From a virus (taxonomy: Duplodnaviria > Caudoviricetes): a DNA stretch of 38,889 nucleotides. The position numbers were made by a program, and so were the translations under genes. Below the pieces are notes generated by a model that was not told the DNA's origin, made no database searches, and saw only the letters and a list, made by a program, of their open reading frames with translations. Location of the stretch: the IMG/VR virus record IMGVR_UViG_3300046739_000165, positions 1 to 38,889 of that record; one strand, 5' to 3'. Below are positions 18,555-26,698 of the stretch, one piece after another (within the stretch, counting starts at the first letter, position 1; every line of letters starts with the position of its first letter).

Positions 18555-19247
18555 CTATTTCCGACGACGTTGAAACGCGAGCCCAGCGAGCAGGCCCGCA
18601 CCGATCAGCGCGATCGGCAACGGCTCGGGCACGGTGATAACTGGCGTGATCGTCAGCCCGCCGACTTGCAGCGTCAGATTTTCGCTTACCAGCGCGCCCA
18701 CCTTGCCATCTTCGGTATCGACGTAGCGCGCCTTGACGACAGAGCCAAGCGGGATCGAGCCAACTAGATCGCCGTTGAGTACGGTAACGCTGAATTCCCA
18801 CACCAGCACACCGCCAAGCGCCACGCCGGGCGGATTGGTGATCGGATCGAACGGCGCAATGGCGTTGAAGTCGGCGCACATGAAACCGCTTCCCGCGCCG
18901 CTGCAACCGTCGTTGTTAATGCCGCCGTCAATCTCGGTCCACGCCGCCGCGCCGCCCGGCGCTGCGACGATCGAAGCATCGACAAAGCTACTCGATACCT
19001 TGATGGCTACATCATCGAGCCACGTTGAAGCAAGCGGCCCGCCGTTGTAGGTTGACGTATCGATACCGAGAAAGATCAGGAAGGTTTGCGTCAGCGGATC
19101 GGCGTCGGGCTCGGCGCTGCCGCTGAACGCCAACTGATAGCGTGCGCCTTGACAAGTGCCGCAGTCCGAATCCGGCCCGCCGATAGGATCGGCGCGCACG
19201 CCGAATGCGATCGCGGCGAGCGCGATCAGTGCAAGGTATTTTTTCAA
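18555..19247 (-). CDS. PEP-CTERM (exosortase-target) surface protein 2
   Basis: Sec signal peptide MKKYLALIALAAIAFGVRA-D and C-terminal VPEPLPIALIGAGLLAGLAFQRRRK. Confidence 0.92.
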   Translation of the reverse strand: MKKYLALIALAAIAFGVRADPIGGPDSDCGTCQGARYQLAFSGSAEPDADPLTQTFLIFLGIDTSTYNGGPLASTWLDDVAIKVSSSFVDASIVAAPGGAAAWTEIDGGINNDGCSGAGSGFMCADFNAIAPFDPITNPPGVALGGVLVWEFSVTVLNGDLVGSIPLGSVVKARYVDTEDGKVGALVSENLTLQVGGLTITPVITVPEPLPIALIGAGLLAGLAFQRRRK

Positions 19248-19891
19248 GTGCGATTCCCCTTACGCTGTCCGACATAGGCGAGCCCAAGCAGGCCCAGCCC
19301 CATAAGCGCGAGCGTGCCCGGCTCGGGGACCAGCGCTGCGGAGAACGTGCCCGACACTGACGAATCGAACGCCGCGATCGTAGTGCCATCAACCGAGACG
19401 GGCGGATTGACGTTGGCGAACGAAAACGACAGTCCGCGCGGCAGGCCCAATTCGGTGATCACATCGCTGGTGAACGTCAGCGCTCCCGGGGGCATCGCGC
19501 TCGACATGGTAAGCGACGCGCCGCCTAGAAAGCCGAAGGTCGCACCGCTGAACACGCCCGACAGGCAGTTGCCGGCACCGCAGAGTGCGCTGGTGATCGA
19601 GAACGTACCATCGAAAGGCTCAACGACGCCCAGCGGCCCGACTTGCGCGGGCCCGGTGCTGATCGCATCCAGATTGAGCAGCGCTTGGAACGGCACGGCG
19701 GGGCTGTTCGCCTCAATCTCCGTGACCGTGATAGCGATATCGGTCCCGGTGATTTCGGTCGTTGTCCCGTCGTCGGTCGCGACGATGGTATCGCCGCGCA
19801 AATTCTGCCCGAACGTCAGGATAACGTCGGCGCGGGCGGGCAGGGCCAGCGCGACGATCAATGCCAGTGCGAACAGCCGAAGCGTTTTCAT
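19244..19891 (-). CDS. PEP-CTERM (exosortase-target) surface protein 1
   Basis: AGGGGA RBS, signal peptide MKTLRLFALALIVALALPARA-D, S/T-rich body, C-terminal VPEPGTLALMGLGLLGLAYVGQRK. Confidence 0.93.
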   Translation of the reverse strand: MKTLRLFALALIVALALPARADVILTFGQNLRGDTIVATDDGTTTEITGTDIAITVTEIEANSPAVPFQALLNLDAISTGPAQVGPLGVVEPFDGTFSITSALCGAGNCLSGVFSGATFGFLGGASLTMSSAMPPGALTFTSDVITELGLPRGLSFSFANVNPPVSVDGTTIAAFDSSVSGTFSAALVPEPGTLALMGLGLLGLAYVGQRKGNRT

Positions 19892-20006
19892 CGAATCCCC
19901 TTGGTGAAGTTGAGCGCTCTGCCGGGCGCGCCCGAAGGGCAAGCAAGTCGCGGGCCGGCATTGAAAATAAAGGAAAATGCCGCCCGCTCCCTGCCTTGCT
20001 GTAAAG

Positions 20007-20420
20007 TTATCCGACAGCCTGCACCTTCCGGGCCTTCATAAACCCGGGCTCAATGCCGGCCAATTTCCTTTCTTCGGCGATGCGCCGACCATGCCTACTG
20101 CGCAATTTCTTTGTGATTGAATCGCGCTGTCTGTCGATAACGGACAGTACCGCGCTCGGCAGAATTGTTCGCACCGAGCCCTGCGCGCTCACTTGCGTAA
20201 CAAACGCCGTTACGCTTTCGTCTGTTCGCACCGTCTGGATGATGTAGGTAGTGGCGTTGCCGTAGAAGTCGATCGCCTGAACTACGGCGGGTTTGGTGTG
20301 CGCTCCGTTTGGCAGTCCGATCATGCCCGACAGCATTTTGTCGAACGGATCAGACGAACGGGATGCCGTGACTTTATGCTCGGCTCTGTTGTACATCTGC
20401 TGCTGCGAATCATCGTTCAT
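20007..20420 (-). CDS. Hypothetical protein (137 aa)
   Basis: GGAG RBS, ATG at 20420, basic C-terminus. Confidence 0.7.
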   Translation of the reverse strand: MNDDSQQQMYNRAEHKVTASRSSDPFDKMLSGMIGLPNGAHTKPAVVQAIDFYGNATTYIIQTVRTDESVTAFVTQVSAQGSVRTILPSAVLSVIDRQRDSITKKLRSRHGRRIAEERKLAGIEPGFMKARKVQAVG

Positions 20421-20460
20421 GTTGCGCTCCAAATGACCGTGGCCCTATTGCCACAACATC

Positions 20461-20484
20461 ATTATATCATCGTGACATTTCACG
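20461..20484 (-). promoter_or_regulatory. Extended -10 promoter (TGA-TATAAT) with adjacent CGTGA-N4-TCACG inverted repeat
   Basis: The reverse complement of 20461-20469 is TGATATAAT. Inverted repeat at 20471-20484, in an AT-rich gap upstream of the PEP-CTERM cassette. Confidence 0.55.
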
Positions 20485-20578
20485 AATTCGGAATGTACGG
20501 AAATTCGCGTTTCAAGATTTGTGCCACGATCGCAGCGTCAACAACTTAGCGATCCGACGAACGGCAGAACGGGCGTTT

Positions 20579-21001
20579 TCACGTTTTCAGTTGTCGCCAG
20601 CAATCGCACGGAATGTACGCGACCAAATTAACATCGCGTCGATCGTTGCGATCGTTGCGACCTTTGATATCCAACCGAACGCGACCGATGTGCTGCGCTG
20701 GCTCGGTCCACCAGCGTTGCGCGCGGAATCCGAAGCAAAGGAAAAACGCTAGGCCGTGCGCCTGCGCTTCGTTGATCCCGGCTTCCAATTTGTTCACGCT
20801 CAACAGAACGCTTGGGAATTGTCCGAAGTCGTGATCCCTTGCCTTCGTCTCGGCGAGCCCGATGCGGCGCTCCGCTCCGAAGATATCGTAATCGATCGCG
20901 TCCAGCAGTTGACGACGGACAAAACTGATGCGCCATGCCTTTGCAAAGTCGATCGCGATCGCATCTTCGGCGCGTCGCGTATCTTCCGTCTCGCGGATCA
21001 T
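20579..21001 (-). CDS. Putative PD-(D/E)xK nuclease-fold protein
   Basis: IDY...AETKAR catalytic-like motif, SVNK and GRNDRND..D motifs. TGATG coupling. Confidence 0.6.
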   Translation of the reverse strand: MIRETEDTRRAEDAIAIDFAKAWRISFVRRQLLDAIDYDIFGAERRIGLAETKARDHDFGQFPSVLLSVNKLEAGINEAQAHGLAFFLCFGFRAQRWWTEPAQHIGRVRLDIKGRNDRNDRRDVNLVAYIPCDCWRQLKT

Positions 21002-21189
21002 CAGTCAACGCCATCGGGGCCGGTGATCGCTTCAACGTACACCGAATCCGGATACTTGCTGATCTTCCGGTACTCGGCGGAGAACAAATCCGCAGCTTCC
21101 CGAACGTGATATTTTCGGGACACAACCGCAGGCTCGGATTTTTCCTTCGTTTGCGCTCGCACTTGCCAGCCTTTGACGACGATCTTCAT
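21001..21189 (-). CDS. Hypothetical protein (62 aa)
   Basis: Coupled ORF in the early arm. Confidence 0.6.
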   Translation of the reverse strand: MKIVVKGWQVRAQTKEKSEPAVVSRKYHVREAADLFSAEYRKISKYPDSVYVEAITGPDGVD

Positions 21190-21365
21190 TTCGGCTCGCC
21201 TTCCAGTACCTTGTTCGCGGCGGCAATCAAATCCTCTACCATCTTAACCGCCGTCGCGTGCCTCACGCCGCGCGGCAGCTTCACGCGAACGCCGTCCTCA
21301 ATGTGCCCCTTCGTCAGATACAGGATGACGGTTGTAACATCGATGATCTTGTATGTCAGTTTCAT
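21186..21365 (-). CDS. Hypothetical protein (59 aa)
   Basis: ATGA-coupled, start MKLTYKII. Confidence 0.55.
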   Translation of the reverse strand: MKLTYKIIDVTTVILYLTKGHIEDGVRVKLPRGVRHATAVKMVEDLIAAANKVLEGEPK

Positions 21366-21631
21366 TTGTTTGCGTCTCGCCAGAGTGTGCGGATCAGCGC
21401 GGCGCATCCCTTCGCCCACGGCGTTCCCTGACGATCTAGCGAGCCAGCGTAGGCGTCAACGTCCGACTGCGAAACCGGATCGGGCAGCAGAGCAGCGCGC
21501 TCGGTTGCTAGGACCGCGCTAGCGATCAGCGCAGCAGCATCGATCGGCGCGCGGCAATTCGGACATACAGGCTCCGTCGGCAGCGGATAGCCGCAATGCT
21601 GACAGTGTTCTTCGTCTGACATTGCGGCCAT
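21362..21631 (-). CDS. Zinc-ribbon protein
   Basis: CQHCG...CPNC (two CxxC pairs). The start may be 21622. Confidence 0.6.
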   Translation of the reverse strand: MAAMSDEEHCQHCGYPLPTEPVCPNCRAPIDAAALIASAVLATERAALLPDPVSQSDVDAYAGSLDRQGTPWAKGCAALIRTLWRDANK

Positions 21632-21637
21632 CGCTTT

Positions 21638-22171
21638 CTACAGAACGTCAACGACAACTGCCGCATCATTCGGCGGCGGCATCGTGATCGAGTTATGATC
21701 GAATGACTGTTCCCATGCGGCGTAGTCCCCCTTGCCGCTCGGGTAGTAGCCCCACACGAAACCCTGACCCCCGGACTTGACCGGGCCGAACAGCGCCCCC
21801 TGTCCGTACTGCCCAAACTTCGTGAAGTAGCCTTTGATCGCTTCGCTTCCGTCAACGATCATCAGCGCTTCAAACGCGGCGTCCTGCGGCGAGCCAGTAC
21901 GATTGTGCAGGGCGAGCCATGCGTAAGCTACGCGCTGATCCTTTTCCTCAATGCGACGGAAGCGTGCGAGCCCGGCTTGCTGATCCGGTGTTAGATCGTC
22001 CAGCTTCGGATTCGGCTTGCTCGGTTTTACGGGACGTTCCGGCTTGTCGGGCGGATTGATTGGCAATTCGCCCTTCGCATCGGCTTTCGCTTTCGCTTGG
22101 CGTTCCTCTTCTCGCTTTTGCGCTTCCGCTTCATCTTCGATCGCTTGCTGATGCGCTGTTTTCTGATTCAT
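21638..22171 (-). CDS. Hypothetical protein (177 aa)
   Basis: ATGA-coupled. Charged helix, Pro/Lys linker and aromatic/Gly-rich C-domain. Confidence 0.7.
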   Translation of the reverse strand: MNQKTAHQQAIEDEAEAQKREEERQAKAKADAKGELPINPPDKPERPVKPSKPNPKLDDLTPDQQAGLARFRRIEEKDQRVAYAWLALHNRTGSPQDAAFEALMIVDGSEAIKGYFTKFGQYGQGALFGPVKSGGQGFVWGYYPSGKGDYAAWEQSFDHNSITMPPPNDAAVVVDVL

Positions 22172-22569
22172 TTTCCCCACTCCATTTTGAACGTACCGGC
22201 AACGCGGGCCGGCCCCGCTATCGAGCCTTGCGGCTCGCTCAGAAGATGGTACACGCGCCCCGATCCGACAACGACGACGGGACGGATGCCGAAAGCCTCA
22301 CAGAGCGACGTAGCATCAAAGCGCTTCGGCCCGCGATCCCCGGTAGCGTTGCGAAGGTACTCGCGCCCGTAGTCGGTAAGAATGTTGAAGTGCGAATTTT
22401 CCCGGTCAACTTGCAAATACCCGGCGCTTCGCATCGATTGCAGCTTGGCCGCTGCGCTGAGATAACTGATGCCGAATTGCTCCTGCAATTCGCTCGCCGT
22501 GACCTTGCGGAATTCGACCGCACGCTGCAACGCCCATTGCCGCGCCAGAAAATCAAGGCGCTTTTTCAT
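22168..22569 (-). CDS. Winged-helix DNA-binding protein
   Basis: GGAG RBS. VTASELQEQFGISYLSAAAKLQSMRSAGYL...LTDYGREYL (FtsK-gamma/MarR-like wHTH). Confidence 0.65.
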   Translation of the reverse strand: MKKRLDFLARQWALQRAVEFRKVTASELQEQFGISYLSAAAKLQSMRSAGYLQVDRENSHFNILTDYGREYLRNATGDRGPKRFDATSLCEAFGIRPVVVVGSGRVYHLLSEPQGSIAGPARVAGTFKMEWGK

Positions 22570-22570
22570 T

Positions 22571-23569
22571 TCAAGTCTCCAATTCGATCTTGCGCAAGCG
22601 GCAGGCGTCGCGCAGCGCTGCGAATTCGGGCGGACCAAGTTGCGCCTTGTCGCCCATAGACAGCGCAACGTCCACGGCATCATCGTTCAATGCCTGTCCG
22701 ACCATCGTAAGCAACTCGGCCAGCGTCGGCGCGGCGACGGCAGGCTTCGGATTGGCGCGTGCCGCCGTGCGGGCCTGCAACGCCTTGAACGCTTCGTCCT
22801 GCGTCATTTTCGGCTTGGGCGGCGGCGTCTCCGCTGGCGCTGGCGTTGTCTGCTCGACGGCGGGCGCTGGCGTTTCCGGCCCGGGCGCAGCTTCCGAAGT
22901 TTTTTCCGGCTCAGTTGTGGAATCGGCAACTTCGCCTTCGATATCCGCGTTGATCGCGGCCAGCTTGCCGGTAGGCTTGATCGGTACGATGCGCTCGCCT
23001 TCAAGAATGCGCTCCGCTTCATCTTCGTCATAGATGCCGGCGAATCCGAACGCCATGCGAGCGCATTGGATCAGCGCCTTGTGGCGCAGCATACGCGACG
23101 GATGCGAGCCCCACGGCCCGGTCCCCCGGTAGCACTCCGACAGGAATTCGCGCGCCTTCGTCGGCTTGCTGCGATCCTTGCGATAGATGACCGCTTCGAT
23201 CCATTGCGGCGAGCCTTTGTGCTTGTCCCCTTCGGCGGGCGGGCCGTATTCAAACTCGACGCCATCATAGGCCGGTTGCTCGTTGATAATGCGAATCCAG
23301 CCGTCAACGGAGACGACAGGGATGATCGCGCCGTCTTTTTCAAACGCGAAGATTTCCCGGGTAAACGGATTCAGCTTGTGCTGATCCGCAACTACCATGA
23401 CGGCGGCGACTTGCGCGTTCGTCGCTTCCTTGCCATTCGGCAGCTTGAAAACCGTAGCCTTCAAGGTTTTCCAGAGCGCTTCCTGATCGATGCCAAATCG
23501 AGTCGCGAGACGCGCGACAAGTAAGCGCTGCTCGCCCTGCAATGTTGCAACTGCCGGTGCGTTTTCCAT
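22571..23569 (-). CDS. bet: Single-strand annealing recombinase, lambda Red-beta (Bet) family
   Basis: LNPFTREIFAF, IIPVVSVDGWIRIIN and W..HPSRMLRHKALIQCARMAFGFAGIYDEDEAERI are Bet signatures. Confidence 0.92.
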   Translation of the reverse strand: MENAPAVATLQGEQRLLVARLATRFGIDQEALWKTLKATVFKLPNGKEATNAQVAAVMVVADQHKLNPFTREIFAFEKDGAIIPVVSVDGWIRIINEQPAYDGVEFEYGPPAEGDKHKGSPQWIEAVIYRKDRSKPTKAREFLSECYRGTGPWGSHPSRMLRHKALIQCARMAFGFAGIYDEDEAERILEGERIVPIKPTGKLAAINADIEGEVADSTTEPEKTSEAAPGPETPAPAVEQTTPAPAETPPPKPKMTQDEAFKALQARTAARANPKPAVAAPTLAELLTMVGQALNDDAVDVALSMGDKAQLGPPEFAALRDACRLRKIELET

Positions 23570-23577
23570 GCGACTCC

Positions 23578-24399
23578 CTAGAGTTTGATCGCCCACTTGG
23601 GCAAGTCGATCGTGATAATTTTGTCCCCGTAGCCTTCCCATTTCCCCTTCGCTATCGCATCGCGATAGCGCGACATTGCTTCGTCCATTTGGCGCAGACC
23701 ATAGACGATCGACGCGCGGCCCAACTCGTACACCGCTACGGCGTGCGGCGGCTCGGATTCAACGACGATCATCGCGAAAAATTCCGGCGTCTCATTCAAA
23801 ACCGCTTCGTACCCGTTCAGATAGTGCGCCCCGGGAAGGTGATAGGAGAACGTCGCGCAGGCCCGGGCGAATTCATCCGGCCCCGCATCCTTCGCAGTCT
23901 TTACATCGCTGACGCCGCCTAGACTGATCGCATCGAGTCGCGCCTTGCACGGTACGTTGTATTGCTTGTCCTGCCAGAACAGGGAGACTTCGGTTTTCGC
24001 ACCCTGCAATAGTCGCTTGCCTGCCGGGCTCGCGCGCACGGCGGCGATGCACGCTGCGGCGCGATCGTGTTCGTCATTGAGCAGGATGATCTGGCCTTGA
24101 TGCTGCGCGGCAAATTCGTCGTATGCCTTGCCGCGTTTGCTGGCGAAGTCGGCGCGCACAACGCAAGTATCGTATCGCTCGGGCTCTAGGACGCCGCAAT
24201 GCACGGCGGTCCCGAATTCCATTTGCGGCGTCGGATCGTTAGGCGTCTCGCGCATCAGCTTGTAGTGCATCGGCGAGCGGAGAATCTTTTTCGCTCCGCT
24301 CGCCGACATTGCTTCGTGCGCGTGATACGCCTCTGCCGGAAGGCCGTAGTAAACGCCGTCGGCAAACAACTCGGGGAGTGATTCGGCGGTATCAGTCAT
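23578..24399 (-). CDS. Exonuclease VIII/RecE-like PD-(D/E)xK nuclease
   Basis: YHA...S.SG.K....SP.HY, FGTAVH..VLEP, EVSLFW...CKARLD...DVKT motifs. Adjacent to Bet. Confidence 0.88.
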   Translation of the reverse strand: MTDTAESLPELFADGVYYGLPAEAYHAHEAMSASGAKKILRSPMHYKLMRETPNDPTPQMEFGTAVHCGVLEPERYDTCVVRADFASKRGKAYDEFAAQHQGQIILLNDEHDRAAACIAAVRASPAGKRLLQGAKTEVSLFWQDKQYNVPCKARLDAISLGGVSDVKTAKDAGPDEFARACATFSYHLPGAHYLNGYEAVLNETPEFFAMIVVESEPPHAVAVYELGRASIVYGLRQMDEAMSRYRDAIAKGKWEGYGDKIITIDLPKWAIKL

Positions 24400-24463
24400 T
24401 TGCAATCGCCGCGAGAATGATCGCGACGATGCCGATCGCCAAACCGTACAGGAACAGTAGCAT
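24392..24463 (-). CDS. Possible 23-aa membrane micropeptide
   Basis: TGATG-coupled. MLLFLYGLAIGIVAIILAAIAND fills the gap between neighbouring genes. Confidence 0.4.
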   Translation of the reverse strand: MLLFLYGLAIGIVAIILAAIAND

Positions 24464-24711
24464 CAGTCCGTCTCCGCCGTTGCATCCTGCACGATAAATT
24501 TGCCGGCATACTTAATCAAATGATCCTGATCGGCAACCGGCGCTTCGTAAATCTTTTTGGTATGAAAGCGAATCGCCTGCGCTTCGCTAGTCGCCCGGAT
24601 CAGCGCAACCGGCTCGCCGTTTTCAAACAGGATGCGAACGTGCGCCTTGCGCGGCTTCGCTGCCGACTGCTGCACGATTTCCGACGCGGGGATTACAATT
24701 TCTTCTGCCAT
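24463..24711 (-). CDS. Hypothetical phage protein (82 aa)
   Basis: AAGGAAAG RBS. LIRATSEAQAIRF...VADQDHL pattern. Confidence 0.7.
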   Translation of the reverse strand: MAEEIVIPASEIVQQSAAKPRKAHVRILFENGEPVALIRATSEAQAIRFHTKKIYEAPVADQDHLIKYAGKFIVQDATAETD

Positions 24712-24734
24712 GTTGCTTTCCTTCTCTGTAAGGT

Positions 24735-24810
24735 GGACGGGACGCGACGACGATCCCCGCCATTGGAGACGCCAATCGCCGCGCGAAGGTGATCGTCCCC
24801 GGTCCCGTCC
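24735..24810. ncRNA. Intergenic nested stem-loop, candidate regulatory RNA
   Basis: Stems GGACGGGAC/GTCCCGTCC (24735-43/24802-10), GACGATC/GATCGTC (24749-55/24791-97) and ATTGG/CCAAT (24762-66/24772-76). Confidence 0.45.
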
Positions 24811-24819
24811 GTTGAAAAG

Positions 24820-25026
24820 TTACCGCTGCGTCAACAGCCAGTTATTGCCCAGCAACCGCACCGATCGAATCCACTTCCGACGATGCGATTGCACCCTGCG
24901 CCATGACATTCCCCGCAGCAGCGGATGCGCGGTCCGCGCCCATTGCCGCAACTCCTGATCCGACAGCGTAGACAGATAGGACGGCGGACGCGGGCGCGGC
25001 CATTCCTGTTCGGGTGATAGTCGCAT
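24820..25026 (-). CDS. Hypothetical protein (68 aa)
   Basis: TGATG-coupled. MRLSPEQEW...RKWIRSVRLLGNNWLL. Confidence 0.6.
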   Translation of the reverse strand: MRLSPEQEWPRPRPPSYLSTLSDQELRQWARTAHPLLRGMSWRRVQSHRRKWIRSVRLLGNNWLLTQR

Positions 25027-25400
25027 CAATGCACGCTCGGGCCGCTGCCCGGTTGGATAGTCGCTTCGCCGACGGCCTGCGGATCGCCGTTGTCTCCGTA
25101 GACTTGGATGCAGGCTTCGTCGTGATCGATTTTCCAATCCTTCGTCGTCAACTCGGGCATCAGGACTTCGATCTGCTGTACGAATTCCGCTTGCAGCAAA
25201 TCCAATTGCGCCCTGATCGCTGCGCCTTTCTTTTCCGCCAACTCCAATTCGTTGACCAGCGGAACGATCTTCGCGGCCCGGGCGCGTACCAGCGCCATCG
25301 CTTCCGGACCAAGCGGACGCTTCGGACCTAGTTGATCCCGTTCGTTGCGCGTCAGTAAATCGATCATTTCCTGCGGCGTGCATTCGATAAACTTTTTCAA
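25026..25400 (-). CDS. Hypothetical coiled-coil protein (124 aa)
   Basis: TTG at 25400 after the TGGAGACGCC RBS. Confidence 0.65.
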   Translation of the reverse strand: MKKFIECTPQEMIDLLTRNERDQLGPKRPLGPEAMALVRARAAKIVPLVNELELAEKKGAAIRAQLDLLQAEFVQQIEVLMPELTTKDWKIDHDEACIQVYGDNGDPQAVGEATIQPGSGPSVH

Positions 25401-25421
25401 GGCGTCTCCAATGTAGGTTAG

Positions 25422-25461
25422 AAAAAATGCCGGGTTAAACAGTTTGTTCCCTGCCCCGGCA
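25422..25461 (-). terminator. Terminator/attenuator hairpin within a 5' leader
   Basis: Minus strand TGCCGGG-(20 nt)-CCCGGCA-TTTTTT, just upstream of the RBS of 25400. Confidence 0.5.
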
Positions 25462-25610
25462 ACAGGGCGAAACCTTGGAGCCTTGCGGAGCGCTCTGATT
25501 CCCAATGCGGGGACGCTCTGCAAGACGCTGTAGCCAATTCTCGACTGCTCACGCGAGACAAATAACCGGCATCCCAGCGATCAAACTATGGAACACTACC
25601 CCCGCAAAAC

Positions 25611-25639
25611 AAGATACGATTTTCCGCAACCGAAGTCAA
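25611..25639 (-). promoter_or_regulatory. sigma70-like promoter with degenerate operator overlapping the spacer and -10
   Basis: TTGACT-17-TATCTT. TACGATTTTCCGCA at 25615-25628. Confidence 0.65.
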
Positions 25640-25646
25640 TCAATAG

Positions 25647-25994
25647 TCAGCTTGCCTCTCGCTTGGCCTGCGACATTAGCCGCTGGTAGGACTCGATCAA
25701 GTGCGAAGTGCGCGGCCCGCCTTCGCCGAATTCGCGCAGCATCGCCAGCAATTCGTCATAGACCATGACGCGGCCCAGCGCCGCCGTCAGCAGGCCGACG
25801 TTGCGCCCGGCATCGCGCATCAACTCCGCGAAGTCATCGATCCGCGTTTCCGGATCGTCGCGCCGCGTCAGGATTTCGCGATTGGTAGCTTCAACTTTTT
25901 CCGCGATGATAGTCGCCATCGCCTTGCGGATCGCTTCGGTCCGCTGCTCTGGCGTTGCGGGCGCTGCGCTTTGCTGCTGCTGCTCGATTTCCAT
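25647..25994 (-). CDS. Hypothetical protein (115 aa)
   Basis: AAGGGGAAG RBS, ATG at 25994. Confidence 0.65.
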   Translation of the reverse strand: MEIEQQQQSAAPATPEQRTEAIRKAMATIIAEKVEATNREILTRRDDPETRIDDFAELMRDAGRNVGLLTAALGRVMVYDELLAMLREFGEGGPRTSHLIESYQRLMSQAKREAS

Positions 25995-26050
25995 TGCTTC
26001 CCCTTGGTGTAGTTTGCTGCTCCGCGCGATCCATCGCGCGATCGATTCCA

Positions 26051-26698
26051 TCATGCCGCCGCGTCTCCCCTGTCCGTGTGCAAGTCCACAACTTCAATCC
26101 CCTTCCGCGACAGCGGCATCGGATCGCCCATGACGTTATGCAGCGGTCCGCCATCGAATATCCATGCATGGAATTTCGTATGCTGCGCGCCCAAGCATTG
26201 ATAGTTGAGAATCATAATCGTCGGATCGCACCCCCGCACAACTAGGCCCGCCGCCGCCTTTGGCGTCATGTACGCCACGCGCAGGATCGCGCCCGACGGC
26301 ACCGTGCCGCGATAGGCGCAAGTGCCCAGCGCTTGCACGCTCGCCTGCCAATCGAACAGATGCGCCCGGGCGCGATAGTAAAGCGTGCGCCGTTTCATAT
26401 CCCATGACTGCGGCAGAATGTCGCGCCCGCGATTGGCCTGTTCGATCGCATCTTCGTCAGCGTGCAGCGCGTCCGGATCGAGCAGATCGCTATCGATTTC
26501 CAGTATCGCGGGCGATTCGTCTCCCTGTATCGCGGAGACGGCGAAGTGCAGCGCATAGCAGCGCGACAGATAGACGCTACGCGGGCTCGATCCGACCGTA
26601 TGCTTCCAGTTGTTGCGCCCGCTGCCGCCGCGCGGCTTGATGCCGCCCGCGCGGATGCCTGCGATCGCTGCCGATGTTGTGCCGTGGTATAGGATCAT
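26051..26698 (-). CDS. ADP-ribosyltransferase-fold protein (Tpt1/KptA NAD-binding-domain-like)
   Basis: MILYHGT...I...GIKPR...VYLS...A....PAILEID...GTVP..AI mirrors the LYHGT/VHLS/PVIL.ID/G.IPP layout. Confidence 0.7.
   Translation of the reverse strand: MILYHGTTSAAIAGIRAGGIKPRGGSGRNNWKHTVGSSPRSVYLSRCYALHFAVSAIQGDESPAILEIDSDLLDPDALHADEDAIEQANRGRDILPQSWDMKRRTLYYRARAHLFDWQASVQALGTCAYRGTVPSGAILRVAYMTPKAAAGLVVRGCDPTIMILNYQCLGAQHTKFHAWIFDGGPLHNVMGDPMPLSRKGIEVVDLHTDRGDAAA

Noticed and set aside
25420-25580. Possible tRNA or known riboswitch in the structured gap
   Set aside because: No cloverleaf, T-loop or recognised aptamer consensus. Kept only as an unclassified leader.
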